IMG/VR virus record: IMGVR_UViG_3300033076_000514
Span: 1 to 43,157 of that record
DNA: 43,157 nt
Strand: one strand, 5' to 3'
Origin: a virus
Taxonomy: Duplodnaviria; Caudoviricetes
Shown here: in pieces, positions 8,801-17,327 of the stretch
Numbering within the stretch: the stretch's first letter is position 1
How the letters are laid out: the number at the start of each line of letters is the position of its first letter
Translations under genes and position numbers: made by a program
The notes under the pieces: generated by a model
What the model was told of the DNA's origin: nothing
Seen by the model: only the letters and a program-made list of their open reading frames with translations
Database searches by the model: none

Positions 8801-10228
8801 TAAGATACCTGCTTTGAACTCTTGAAACTCTTTCAACAAATTAGCCGATTTGATCAACAACGCAGGTTTGCCTTGACGGTCGGTTTTAAGAGCCATCTTG
8901 TTGGCTTCTTTACCAGTTTGTCCTGGTTTGATGTCTACAGTCAATGCCATAGCATAACGTGGATCCTGAGCTTCTTTTTTGTTCTTAGGGATGTAACCCG
9001 ATGCCGACTCATTGACTTCGTCGCCGTGTAATCCAGTGGCTTGACCTGCGTTGAAGTATTCTGGGTGCAGTCTAGCATAGTCACGCATGAGTATACCAGC
9101 TCTGGCATTGGCTTCATTCTCGTATGGTGATCCTGTTTCGCCAGCATCCATAGGGACGTCTTCACGTTCATGCTGACGACGATGTGTTAGTTCGTGTGCC
9201 ACGGTTCGCAACACATCCATGATGTGACGCTGACCCCAGGCAACTTCCAACATGTTATTGTCATCTATATAACGACCAAAGGTTGTGTGAACCACAGGCC
9301 ACTGTGGATCACGACGCAGTTTGATAATAGGCAACTCTTTTAGTTTTAGTTCTTTTGCAACAAAGGTAATAAAGTCCTTGAGAATATCCTCGTCGCTAAC
9401 AGGATCTTCTTCATTTAAGAACATGCAAGTTGTGGGGTTCACACCATCGGGCGTGAGGGTGGCATCTTCTTCCACACTCTTAAATCCATAAACAAAGGGT
9501 TTCTTTTCCCGGTTTTGCTCTGCTAAACTCAGTTCAGCATCGCGGGCAGCATTTCTTGCATCATATAATTTTTTGATGTAGCCTTGATTACGCAACATCT
9601 TAAATGCAATGTTCTCGGGCCCAAACTCGCCATGTTTGTCAAGCCCAGCTTGGCGGTATGCTTTGATCTTTTTTGCTAGACGATCAATTCTCTCAAAGTC
9701 TTTGTCTTTGAGTGCTGATTCGATTCTGTGCTTGATATCTTCGTATTTGCTTTTTACCGCAGTATCATCAACTGTGGCCCTACGCTTCCGGGGAATGTTG
9801 ATCCAGTCGTTGTTTAGCACACTAAAGATGCCTTGACTCACTGGTGGCTTGCCTGCGTCTTCAACATAGAGTTCAACATCGTAGCCGCCTATTTTGATAT
9901 TGTGTAAATCGTTGTATTGATACTTCTTGGCGTCAAATAATTCGCGAAAGATAGCATCATCTTTTAGTTTGGGAACATCGACCACTAGGTGCAAGTCAAT
10001 GTCCGAATATGGTGTATAGTGGTAACTGGCATTTGACCCACTCACTGTTATATCTCGAACGTCTAAATTATCTACGCCCAAGAACTCACGGAAGTCCTCA
10101 GCAATTTCCAGCAGCTTTTCGCGCACTTCGGGACGCATTTTGCTACCCTGCCAAATACGTGGGTTTAGCTCGTCATTGAATTTAACGGCATCAGCAAGGT
10201 TAAAAGAATCTAATTCAAGAATGTTCAT
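5897..10228 (-). CDS. 1443 aa polyvalent protein: Pol-beta nucleotidyltransferase + zincin metallopeptidase + COOH-NH2 amidoligase + C-terminal repeats
   Basis: GSNASYHYTPYSDIDLH...DVELY; AHELTH...ENEANA; GLEFEM...IEPDGSL...GLEFVSPP...SIHTNIS...RVEFRSPGG. Confidence 0.85.
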   Translation of the reverse strand: MNILELDSFNLADAVKFNDELNPRIWQGSKMRPEVREKLLEIAEDFREFLGVDNLDVRDITVSGSNASYHYTPYSDIDLHLVVDVPKLKDDAIFRELFDAKKYQYNDLHNIKIGGYDVELYVEDAGKPPVSQGIFSVLNNDWINIPRKRRATVDDTAVKSKYEDIKHRIESALKDKDFERIDRLAKKIKAYRQAGLDKHGEFGPENIAFKMLRNQGYIKKLYDARNAARDAELSLAEQNREKKPFVYGFKSVEEDATLTPDGVNPTTCMFLNEEDPVSDEDILKDFITFVAKELKLKELPIIKLRRDPQWPVVHTTFGRYIDDNNMLEVAWGQRHIMDVLRTVAHELTHRRQHEREDVPMDAGETGSPYENEANARAGILMRDYARLHPEYFNAGQATGLHGDEVNESASGYIPKNKKEAQDPRYAMALTVDIKPGQTGKEANKMALKTDRQGKPALLIKSANLLKEFQEFKAGILQEDEDLFEVKMTSKNLAKLAKDIKGVKVGLEFEMIVPNARVEDSDMEPDYDQDQRVRDIDDAVNFFDDGDYNSRNELRRLRENMESDFFDWQHEKIDELWNSNDGWDFFTNYLDREDPFDEEEAEEEARNELQAQYGDDITPEEFQTMLNELVEEKSKEYYQEQWDEQGRNYDNAREEFEDEQRDELTEEDWLDSQGIRYASDVESTFGHVTWPYYTSGSDDETDIERVALDFMNGIGADSVAYSSSYHGSYKKWVGNGWVLVGSEKPDDCFSIEPDGSLDGNSSDDVGLEFVSPPTPLEQVPDLMKRVQSWAADNGVYTGKRNKTSIHTNISVPGYDLDKLDYLKAALLLGDEYVLREFDRIGNSYAAPAIEKVKQLVQQKPEKAQELLDKMKSQLNAAASKLIHSGQTNKFTSINTKDNRVEFRSPGGDYLSIIADNPQKMIDTINRMVVTLDAAMDPDKYKQEYQKKLYKVLTGQGGGREAKSGLKQAMKASDKDLINIFTRYAAGELPKQALKSFVRQAQLERSVAKGKQAGKMWWNVQWDANRRMEVVAGSPEVAKQVAAEEWGVPEDRLAGATVTPLRPYKEGETTQQPEIPGSNIYRITDTRGGLIAGDEYESDQAALRRAQYWAQQRNTDVIVRNARGEEVGRVSRIGDITPAAPQPSTQFGAARGAPNYAVVRDSDGTVVHRFHAADRSEALGIKHDFVQMQGWGQRDYSLKDESESTPVPGSTLDLQRQRAAAAQQNQGNWGIWVAGASRFAREPGEYPAGQEVPLRRFPSREAAEQFLAQTRESNPRMRADVEVREIEPTTAQQSAGEPSSYELYRISDGRVVTAPAGNPIVFRATSPEDAESKIARYAADFNLGAPQLFAVRSVLNVPSADAAQGGIVDVAGEQPATAPRTLTVPGQPQQQFTGEWKVVDPNGNEIYRFGGVGNSQSDANRVAMQWLQRNPRHMVGGVEVLPVMG

Positions 10229-10270
10229 AGGGCTGGTTTACAATATCAACTTGTATTTATTCGCAGCCCT
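10229..10270 (-). promoter_or_regulatory. Hairpin enclosing TAAATA promoter (10254-10259), abutting the start codon
   Basis: AGGGCUG/CAGCCCU outer stem plus UACAA/UUGUA inner stem ending immediately before the AUG at 10228. Confidence 0.6.
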
Positions 10271-10296
10271 GCTTATAGGTTTATGATGATGCAGTC

Positions 10297-10322
10297 AAAA
10301 TAAAAGCCCTTGCGGGCCTTTA
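10297..10322 (-). terminator. Rho-independent terminator, GCAA loop
   Basis: AAAGGCCC-GCAA-GGGCUUUUAUUUU directly after the stop at 10323. Confidence 0.8.
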
Positions 10323-11240
10323 TTATGCTGTGGTTTCTTTCTTTTTAATACTCTTGCCTTTCACAGGCTTTGGTGCGTCAGCAGGAGCTCCTGTGGTGGC
10401 CACAACCTGTGGTGGTGTGTATTGTGTGGTTGCTTGTGCATTTTGATCCACTGGTGCAACAGGTGCGCCAGCAGTGGCCATGGCGTGCAGTTCTTTGTAT
10501 ACTTGCTCTTGTGCAGCATAGTCAAACACATAAGTGCCGGTGTGACGCAGCAATACACGCTTGTCGACCCAGACTTTGCCACCAATGTCGCGCCAGTTTT
10601 CGCAGAACATCCAGTCTTCTGAATAGTAGCGATTTTCGCGCACAGCCGTATCAAAGTAGGTTTTCATGTGCGGATCAAGGTCTGCAGGCAAACCAATGTC
10701 GTTTTTAAATGGTTTCACAGCAGGATGTGACTTGAGTTTTTCAAATACGCCTTTCTTGATCAGCAAGAAGCCAGTGCCTGTTTTGGTAACTTCTTGTAGG
10801 CCATCGGGTCCTTCTTCTGCGCCTTCAAAGCCGTTGACACACCATTTGATGGGCAACGATTTCATAGGATACAAGCCGCCAATCACGTCAACGTCGCGAT
10901 CCAACAGCACCAACAAGTGCCAGGGTTCCCAGCCAATGTCAGCGTCAATAAACATCAAGTGGGTTGAGTCTGGATTGGTAAGAAACTTGGCTGTGAGTGT
11001 GTTTCTAGCGCGAGTAATCAAACTCTCATTGGTCATGGTTTCCATGGTCCACTCAATGCCCAACTGACGAGCAGTGTTTGACCACTTGATAAAACTCATA
11101 AATGTAGACTCTGTTAACATACCTCCATAGCAAGGCATGCAAATATGCACACGAGTTTGACGCAATTTGTCGATGTTAACCTGAATTTGTTGTTGTCCAG
11201 CAGGCGCTGGGCTTTGTGTTGTGGGTTGGTTATCAGCCAT
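10323..11240 (-). CDS. GT-A fold (family 2-like) glycosyltransferase
   Basis: ICMPCYGG, ITRARN, FIDADIG (DxD), GTGFLLI, SEDWMFC. Confidence 0.8.
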   Translation of the reverse strand: MADNQPTTQSPAPAGQQQIQVNIDKLRQTRVHICMPCYGGMLTESTFMSFIKWSNTARQLGIEWTMETMTNESLITRARNTLTAKFLTNPDSTHLMFIDADIGWEPWHLLVLLDRDVDVIGGLYPMKSLPIKWCVNGFEGAEEGPDGLQEVTKTGTGFLLIKKGVFEKLKSHPAVKPFKNDIGLPADLDPHMKTYFDTAVRENRYYSEDWMFCENWRDIGGKVWVDKRVLLRHTGTYVFDYAAQEQVYKELHAMATAGAPVAPVDQNAQATTQYTPPQVVATTGAPADAPKPVKGKSIKKKETTA

Positions 11241-11245
11241 TGTTT

Positions 11246-11276
11246 CCTCTTAAAAGTAAGTGAAATATTTAAGAGG
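11246..11276 (-). promoter_or_regulatory. SD-sequestering hairpin overlapping TAAATA (11266-11271)
   Basis: Perfect 9 bp CCUCUUAAA/UUUAAGAGG stem; 3' arm carries the GAGG SD of the gene at 11240. Confidence 0.7.
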
Positions 11277-11282
11277 CTTTAG

Positions 11283-11942
11283 TTAACGGCGTATTTTTTC
11301 TTCAAGGTAGTCAGTGTTTTCAGCCACGGTGGGTCGGGGTTCAGCAGGACCTTCTTCGCCCAAAATAGCCATGTCCAACATTTTGACCACAGTGGCAGCA
11401 AGTTTGGGATTCTTTTGTGTAGCAGGATACAAGCTCATTACAAGAGCTGTTTTACGACGTTCGTTTAGTGTTGGCCAACTGTTGCGAATTTCTGTGGCCG
11501 ATGTCATTCCAGGACCAAACTCCACTGTGGGCAAGTAAGCCATATAAGCATGTTGGCTCATTGGTGCAAGTTCTGTTTGCCCTTTTAGCGGTTGCAAATA
11601 CGCAGGTGTGCCGTCTTTTTTGTTGCCGCCGGCCTGTGGTGGTTTGTTGGCATCTTTTTCGCTGCGAACAAAGATCAACTGTGTGTTTTCTTTGTCCAAC
11701 TGGTCAGTGATTTCTCTAGCTTGAAATGGGCTCTTGACTTGAACAAAATGTCCTGGCGCAACACCGGCTAACTTAGCAAGTTTTTCTTTCAACGCAAAGG
11801 GAAATGGGCGAGTTGATGTGTCGTTGGTTGCAGCAACGTAGACATCTGCGCCAGGAAATGCGTCTTGTGCTTGTTTATATAATGCATAATGGCCCGCGTG
11901 AAATGGGTGAAAGCCCCCGGGCATGATAACTACTTGCTTCAT
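11283..11942 (-). CDS. HxGH (cytidyltransferase-like) nucleotidyltransferase
   Basis: PGGFHPFHAGH and SATEIR motifs; TAAATA (11949-11954) 6 nt upstream. Confidence 0.8.
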   Translation of the reverse strand: MKQVVIMPGGFHPFHAGHYALYKQAQDAFPGADVYVAATNDTSTRPFPFALKEKLAKLAGVAPGHFVQVKSPFQAREITDQLDKENTQLIFVRSEKDANKPPQAGGNKKDGTPAYLQPLKGQTELAPMSQHAYMAYLPTVEFGPGMTSATEIRNSWPTLNERRKTALVMSLYPATQKNPKLAATVVKMLDMAILGEEGPAEPRPTVAENTDYLEEKIRR

Positions 11943-11957
11943 AGCAAGTATTTAGCT

Positions 11958-12395
11958 TTACATGTTTTCCAACAGCCAGAGATAAAACGGGGTCGAAAAT
12001 TTAAATTCTACTGTGCCATTGCAACCCATGTGATTGTTGAATGGCTCTGTGACATCAGCGCCGTTGCCGTTGAAGTTGTGTTGATAAGTTGCTAACTCGT
12101 TGAATGTATGTCCAAGTTGAATGTCGTCAAACGCTACATCTGTAATAGATATCAGTGCATCTTTGACAATATTGCCCGATTCATCAATTTTGGTGTGTTC
12201 GTTGGTCTTGCCCGACATTACCCAACGCAGACAGTGCTGGCCCTCGTCATCGTCATTTATATTGAAACTCACTGTTTCGGTTTGTCTGACCCAGCGATTT
12301 TGATAAATTCGTTGATCGTTTAACCATATCTCTAATCCCAATAGGCAATCAGGGTCGGAGTTTTCAATTCGACATTGAAATTTAATTTGATCCAT
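11958..12395 (-). CDS. Hypothetical beta-rich phage protein
   Basis: 145 aa ORF in the operon. Confidence 0.7.
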   Translation of the reverse strand: MDQIKFQCRIENSDPDCLLGLEIWLNDQRIYQNRWVRQTETVSFNINDDDEGQHCLRWVMSGKTNEHTKIDESGNIVKDALISITDVAFDDIQLGHTFNELATYQHNFNGNGADVTEPFNNHMGCNGTVEFKFSTPFYLWLLENM

Positions 12396-12397
12396 AT

Positions 12398-12763
12398 TTA
12401 ATATACAACTGTAATAGAGTCAATTTGTCCAGCTGCAAAATCTGTGATATGCACTCGAAGCCAGGTATAATTGCCAGTCAACGACACTGGATACACACCC
12501 GATACCACAGTGCTAGCATCTCCAAACACATTGACGTCTACCCAATTGGCAGTTTCCCAATTCTGATCCAACGTAGCTTGAACAGTGATCACACCCTGAA
12601 AGCCAGTGATTCTTTGATACACAGTTTGTATTGATCCTTGGCCACGATAATAACCCACGCCCTTGGCCCCATCGGAATCAAAATTCTGGCTAGAACCATC
12701 GTAATTACCGCTGGGAATGCCATGTTGAGTTAGACCCAAAATGGTTAGGTTATTGACGTTCAT
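12398..12763 (-). CDS. Hypothetical beta-sandwich protein, possibly virion-associated
   Basis: G/T/V-rich with GNYTWLRV; in operon. Confidence 0.65.
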   Translation of the reverse strand: MNVNNLTILGLTQHGIPSGNYDGSSQNFDSDGAKGVGYYRGQGSIQTVYQRITGFQGVITVQATLDQNWETANWVDVNVFGDASTVVSGVYPVSLTGNYTWLRVHITDFAAGQIDSITVVY

Positions 12764-12930
12764 TATGCTCGTTCAACTTCCACAACAACGCCGGAACCCA
12801 AGAGTTCTTCGGCCACAGATTGCAACGCTTCGCAAATGTCGTTGGTAGCAACAAGCTCAGCGTCTTGATCTTTTTCTTTGATCAATTTTGAGAGTTTGAT
12901 CACAACTACTTCTTCATGAATTTTTGCCAT
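12763..12930 (-). CDS. Small protein (55 aa, missing from ORF track)
   Basis: MAKIHEEVVVIKLSKLIK...VVVEVERA; TAAATA (12938-12943) 7 nt upstream; TAATG coupling to the next gene. Confidence 0.7.
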   Translation of the reverse strand: MAKIHEEVVVIKLSKLIKEKDQDAELVATNDICEALQSVAEELLGSGVVVEVERA

Positions 12931-12936
12931 AGTAAA

Positions 12937-13620
12937 TTATTTAGCAACTATCTGCATGGTGCGGCCAGTAATTCTAGACACTACCATGTTTAAGAACAGC
13001 ACTTCTCCATCATTGTTGTGATCAAAAAAGAAATAGCTTTGGGTGCAATTATACCAATATTGATTGTTATTGCGATTGATCCAATATTTAAGACCAGGAC
13101 TTAGGCGTATGTTTTCCCTGCTGGCCAAATAATTACTTATTTGCTTTTTCTGTGTTTCGTCCAAGCTACGGCATCTAAGATATGTTCTGTGGCTCCATTG
13201 GGGATTTTTTAATGCTATGGTGCCCGGAGGGCATACTTCCATGGCTTCTTGAGCATAAAGATTGTCAATGCAACTTAATTCTTTGATCTTTTCCAATACT
13301 TTGATGTTGTTGGTATACACATAACCAGTATGAAAAGATATAGTAAACTTGATTTGCTTTTTGTATTTCTTCAACAGTTGGCAAATTAATTTGAGGTCAG
13401 CAACTTCTTTGTCTGTGATTATATTGCGGTAACCAGAATAAAGACCTCTATGCTCCTGACGCCAGGCATTGCGTTCTTTGACAATTTGATCAATTTTGTT
13501 ATAGTGGAGGCCACGAATGACCCCCAGTTCACTGAGACCAAATCTACCGCTGTAACGATACTGCCCAAAGAACAAACTGTTTTTTTCTACTGGGTGTATT
13601 TCAAGGTTGGACAACAACAA
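12937..13620 (-). CDS. Hypothetical basic protein
   Basis: 227 aa ORF filling the gap after clpA; start uncertain. Confidence 0.65.
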   Translation of the reverse strand: MLLSNLEIHPVEKNSLFFGQYRYSGRFGLSELGVIRGLHYNKIDQIVKERNAWRQEHRGLYSGYRNIITDKEVADLKLICQLLKKYKKQIKFTISFHTGYVYTNNIKVLEKIKELSCIDNLYAQEAMEVCPPGTIALKNPQWSHRTYLRCRSLDETQKKQISNYLASRENIRLSPGLKYWINRNNNQYWYNCTQSYFFFDHNNDGEVLFLNMVVSRITGRTMQIVAK

Positions 13621-15841
13621 ACCCCTCAGATTGTGTCACTGTTTCAAATACAATGTCGTCGCCGTTGAGCCCAGCAGTGACACTACAGTCGCGTAGATTT
13701 TCAAACAAGATTTTCTTTGACAATGGCACGCGGATCAACTCATCGATCTTACGGCCCAAAGGTCTAGCACCCATCAGTGGGTCGTAACCTTTGTCTGCCA
13801 AGTAATCAATCACAGGCTCTGTGAGAGTCAACCGGATGTTCTTGGCATTCAAGCTGGTTTGCAGTTCGTCCACAAACTTAACAACAATCTTCTTGATAGC
13901 AAGTTTATCTAGTTTACCAAACTTACAAATCTTGTCAATACGGTTACGCAGTTCTGGACGGAAGAACTCTTTGAGTGCTCGGTCGTCTTCCCCAGACTTG
14001 ACCTGATCACCAAAGCCAATGTTCAAGCGTTCGCTGTCTCGGGCACCCAAGTTAGACGTCATGATAATAATGGTATTCTTACAGCTCACAGTTTTGCCAT
14101 TGGAGCTGGTGATACGACCTTCGTCCAGCATCTGCAAGAAGATGTTGACAACATCAGGGTGTGCTTTTTCTACTTCATCAAACAGCATCACAGCATAGGG
14201 ATTCTTGGTGAGATCTGAAATCAGTTTACCACCGCCAACATTGCCATCTTCAAAGCCCACGTAGCCGGGCGGAGCACCAATCAAACTGCTCACGGTGTGG
14301 CGTTCCTGATACTCACTCATATCATAACGCAACAGTTTCATATCCAGGTGCTCCGCCAGCAACTTGGCCAGTTCTGTTTTGCCAGTGCCTGTGGGTCCCA
14401 AGAACAAGAAGCTGGCAATGGGTTTTTTATCGTTGCCAATGCCCGAATAGTTGATGTAAACACGTTCCAACACAGTGTCCACAGCTGAGTCTTGCCCGTA
14501 GAGCTTTTGCTTGATGTTGCTTTCTAAATCAACAATGTTTGCACTGCGCTCATTTTGCAATTTGTCCAGGGGGATGCCTAGAATCCGGCTGACTTGCTCT
14601 TCAATCATGCCTTTGGTAACTGTAACGTTACCTTTGTCCTGCACACGTTGGCGAGCGCAAGCACCATCAATGAGATCAATCGACTTGTCGGGATTCTTTC
14701 GATCATGTATATATCGGCCCGATAGTTCCACTGCGGCGGTGATAGCTTCAGTGTCAATGAGGACATTATGGAAAGTTTCGAGTCGGGGCGATAATCCAAT
14801 GAGAATCTGTTCCGTGACACCAGCAGTTGGTTCATCAATGGCCACACGATGGAACCTACGCATAAGGGCACGATCCTTTTCAAAGCTCTCATAATATTCT
14901 TCCCAGGTGGTACTTGCAACAACTTTTAGGTTTCCTTTGGTGATAGCTGGCTTTAACATGTTGGCAAAGTCCAGGCTGGAGTTGTTGCCTGCACCTGCGC
15001 CTTGCATGGTATGTGCTTCATCAATGAACAAGATGCAGTTCTTTTTGGTTTCCAGTGCGCCAATCACTTGCTTGAACTTTTCTTCAAACTCGCCGCGATA
15101 CTTAGATCCAGCCAACAGTGAGCCAATTTCCAGCGACCACACTTCGTGATTCTTCAAGAATTCAGGCACATTATTTCGAGCAACTTCTTGTGCCAGGCCT
15201 TCGATGATAGCAGTTTTGCCCACGCCCGGATCGCCAACCATGAGCACGTTGGCCTTGAATCGACGGGCCAACACAGTGATCATTTCATCCAATTCTGCAC
15301 TACGACCAATCATGGGCTCTAGACGATTTTCTGTGGCCATGCGAGTCAAGTTGGTGCAGTATTCATCCAGCACTTCTGTGGCTTGAGTGGAGCTGATTTT
15401 TTGTGCTTCCCCATGTGCGTAATTTTGTTGCCAGAACAAAATAAATTCTTTTTTCTTCACACCGTATTTCAGCAAGAAGTAGTGTGCGTGACTGTTGAAT
15501 TCTGCCATGATTGCCAGCAGCAAATCTATTGTGGTCATTACATTGCGACCGGTAAACGACGCTTGAGTAAATGCTCGATTAAACACACGCTCGATTACCA
15601 CGGTCTTTTTTGGTGTTTCCACTGCGGGCTTGATTAGGTTGACCAGGCTGTCTAGATAAGCATCTAGCTCAGTGTCAAATTGATCTGTCTCTACACCAAA
15701 TTTATCCAAACATTTTCTAAACGGAGCATGCCGTAACATGCTCAACAACAAGTGCTCTGTGAGCATGTATTCGTGTTGTTTTTCCTGTGCAATTCGAATT
15801 GCTGAATCAATGATTTGTTCGATTTCGGGACTGTGTTGCAT
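13601..15841 (-). CDS. clpA: ClpA-type AAA+ ATP-binding subunit
   Basis: Clp N-domain (TEHLLL), Walker A motifs GDPGVGKT and GPTGTGKTE, LIGAPPGYVG, GARPL; no ClpB coiled coil; IGF loop. Confidence 0.93.
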   Translation of the reverse strand: MQHSPEIEQIIDSAIRIAQEKQHEYMLTEHLLLSMLRHAPFRKCLDKFGVETDQFDTELDAYLDSLVNLIKPAVETPKKTVVIERVFNRAFTQASFTGRNVMTTIDLLLAIMAEFNSHAHYFLLKYGVKKKEFILFWQQNYAHGEAQKISSTQATEVLDEYCTNLTRMATENRLEPMIGRSAELDEMITVLARRFKANVLMVGDPGVGKTAIIEGLAQEVARNNVPEFLKNHEVWSLEIGSLLAGSKYRGEFEEKFKQVIGALETKKNCILFIDEAHTMQGAGAGNNSSLDFANMLKPAITKGNLKVVASTTWEEYYESFEKDRALMRRFHRVAIDEPTAGVTEQILIGLSPRLETFHNVLIDTEAITAAVELSGRYIHDRKNPDKSIDLIDGACARQRVQDKGNVTVTKGMIEEQVSRILGIPLDKLQNERSANIVDLESNIKQKLYGQDSAVDTVLERVYINYSGIGNDKKPIASFLFLGPTGTGKTELAKLLAEHLDMKLLRYDMSEYQERHTVSSLIGAPPGYVGFEDGNVGGGKLISDLTKNPYAVMLFDEVEKAHPDVVNIFLQMLDEGRITSSNGKTVSCKNTIIIMTSNLGARDSERLNIGFGDQVKSGEDDRALKEFFRPELRNRIDKICKFGKLDKLAIKKIVVKFVDELQTSLNAKNIRLTLTEPVIDYLADKGYDPLMGARPLGRKIDELIRVPLSKKILFENLRDCSVTAGLNGDDIVFETVTQSEGFVVVQP

Positions 15842-15889
15842 ATCTAGTGTAAAGTTGTTTCCTACAAATTATACGCTGGCCGAAAATAT

Positions 15890-16675
15890 TTAGCGACCAG
15901 TGGCTTGCCGAATTCTCTCCAGTAAATCCGGATCAATTTCTCGGGGTATTTCGGCCTGAATTCGGATCATCATATCCCCGGGATTGTTGGCGCGATCGGG
16001 CAATCCTCGCCCGCGACAGCGTAGAATCTGACCGGGTTGGGTCATTGGGGGAATGTGGACCTCCAATTCCCGATTCAGTATGTCTCGAACTGTGATATCT
16101 CCACCAGTGATCAAGGTCCAAATTGAAATCTTTTGATCTGTATAAAGATTGAATCCATCGCGCTGCCAACGTGGATTGGGGTGTATTCTAAATGTTACAA
16201 CCAAATCCACACCACCGGGCGCAAGCCCTGAATACACTGCCGACGCACCATCTTCTATTCCACGTGGAATTTCGATTTCGATCATTTGACTGCCAGCTGA
16301 TGTGCCCACACTCACAGTGCGTGTGCCACCTGACGCAACATCACTTAACTGTATCCAAAGACTCATGCGTGCTTGAGCTGTTCTGGGTCTTTGTTGCTGG
16401 AACTGTGTGCCAAACATGTTGAATATGTTGTTGAAATCAAATGGTTGGCTGTGGAAATTGAATCCTCCGGGAAATCCCTGTGGTTGTGGATTATCAAATG
16501 CTGCACGTTGTTGTGGATCACTGAGCACACGATATGCTTCTTCGATCTCTTGGAATCGAGCCGTGTCACCGCCTTTGTCGGGATGATGGACGCTGGCTAG
16601 TTTTCTGTAGGCCTTCTTGATTTCGTCTGGGGCAGCAGTGCGAGTCACGCCCAGGATAGAGTAGTAGTCTTTCAC
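15890..16675 (-). CDS. dnaJ: DnaJ-class co-chaperone without Zn finger (CbpA-like)
   Basis: KDYYSILGV...HPDKGGD J-domain, G/F region, C-terminal LRCRGRGLP; GTG start. Confidence 0.9.
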   Translation of the reverse strand: MKDYYSILGVTRTAAPDEIKKAYRKLASVHHPDKGGDTARFQEIEEAYRVLSDPQQRAAFDNPQPQGFPGGFNFHSQPFDFNNIFNMFGTQFQQQRPRTAQARMSLWIQLSDVASGGTRTVSVGTSAGSQMIEIEIPRGIEDGASAVYSGLAPGGVDLVVTFRIHPNPRWQRDGFNLYTDQKISIWTLITGGDITVRDILNRELEVHIPPMTQPGQILRCRGRGLPDRANNPGDMMIRIQAEIPREIDPDLLERIRQATGR

Positions 16676-16684
16676 AGCTAGTAA

Positions 16685-16999
16685 TTATACTAGATTGCCA
16701 TGGACTTGTGCAAATTTTTTGAGCGCACGAACACGAGCAATGAGCAAACGTATTCGGACATAATCAGACAGTTCGTCGTCCTGCTCTGGTTTAAAACGAT
16801 ATCTACGTTGTGGAACTATGTCCTCATCGTCTACAGCGTCCCAAGGGTCCACACCAGCAAAATAGATGGCAGTGAATCTATGTGGGTTGCTGCGCAGCAG
16901 CTTGACTTTTTTGACTACAGGTCCGTGTCGATGCACAGGTTCAGAAGCCTGTGCCGAAAAGACAGATAAACAAAAGATCAGTGCCACAAATAAATGCAT
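16685..16999 (-). CDS. Hypothetical protein with signal peptide
   Basis: Hydrophobic N-terminus ending AQA. Confidence 0.6.
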   Translation of the reverse strand: MHLFVALIFCLSVFSAQASEPVHRHGPVVKKVKLLRSNPHRFTAIYFAGVDPWDAVDDEDIVPQRRYRFKPEQDDELSDYVRIRLLIARVRALKKFAQVHGNLV

Positions 17000-17034
17000 A
17001 GTATATTAACGCCTGAGCCCATGAAAAGGCTGAC

Positions 17035-17060
17035 AAAAAAAGGCTCCGAAGAGCCTTTTT
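17035..17060 (-). terminator. Rho-independent terminator with cUUCGg tetraloop, potentially bidirectional
   Basis: GGCUC-UUCG-GAGCC followed by U7, with an A-tract on the other side. Confidence 0.88.
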
Positions 17061-17074
17061 GAGAAATAGAAATA

Positions 17075-17317
17075 TTATTTCTTTGGAGGAATTTCAGTGC
17101 CTTCGTGTTTTTTATGGATCTTGATCGTCTTACATGCTTGCTTAACTGATCCATCTTTGTTTTTAACAGGCTTCCCATCCTTGCCCACAACGTCTTTGCA
17201 AACTTGTTTGGTCTTGCCTTTGGCTTCATCTGCTCGTGCTACGTCTGCTGCCTTGGAATCTGCTGCCTGTGCACCAAATGTGATTGTTAATAATAGAGAT
17301 ACTAATAATTGTTTCAT
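17075..17317 (-). CDS. Small exported Lys-rich protein with two Cys
   Basis: MKQLLVSLLLTITFGAQA signal peptide; AGGA SD upstream. Confidence 0.7.
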   Translation of the reverse strand: MKQLLVSLLLTITFGAQAADSKAADVARADEAKGKTKQVCKDVVGKDGKPVKNKDGSVKQACKTIKIHKKHEGTEIPPKK

Positions 17318-17327
17318 GTTGTTTCCT

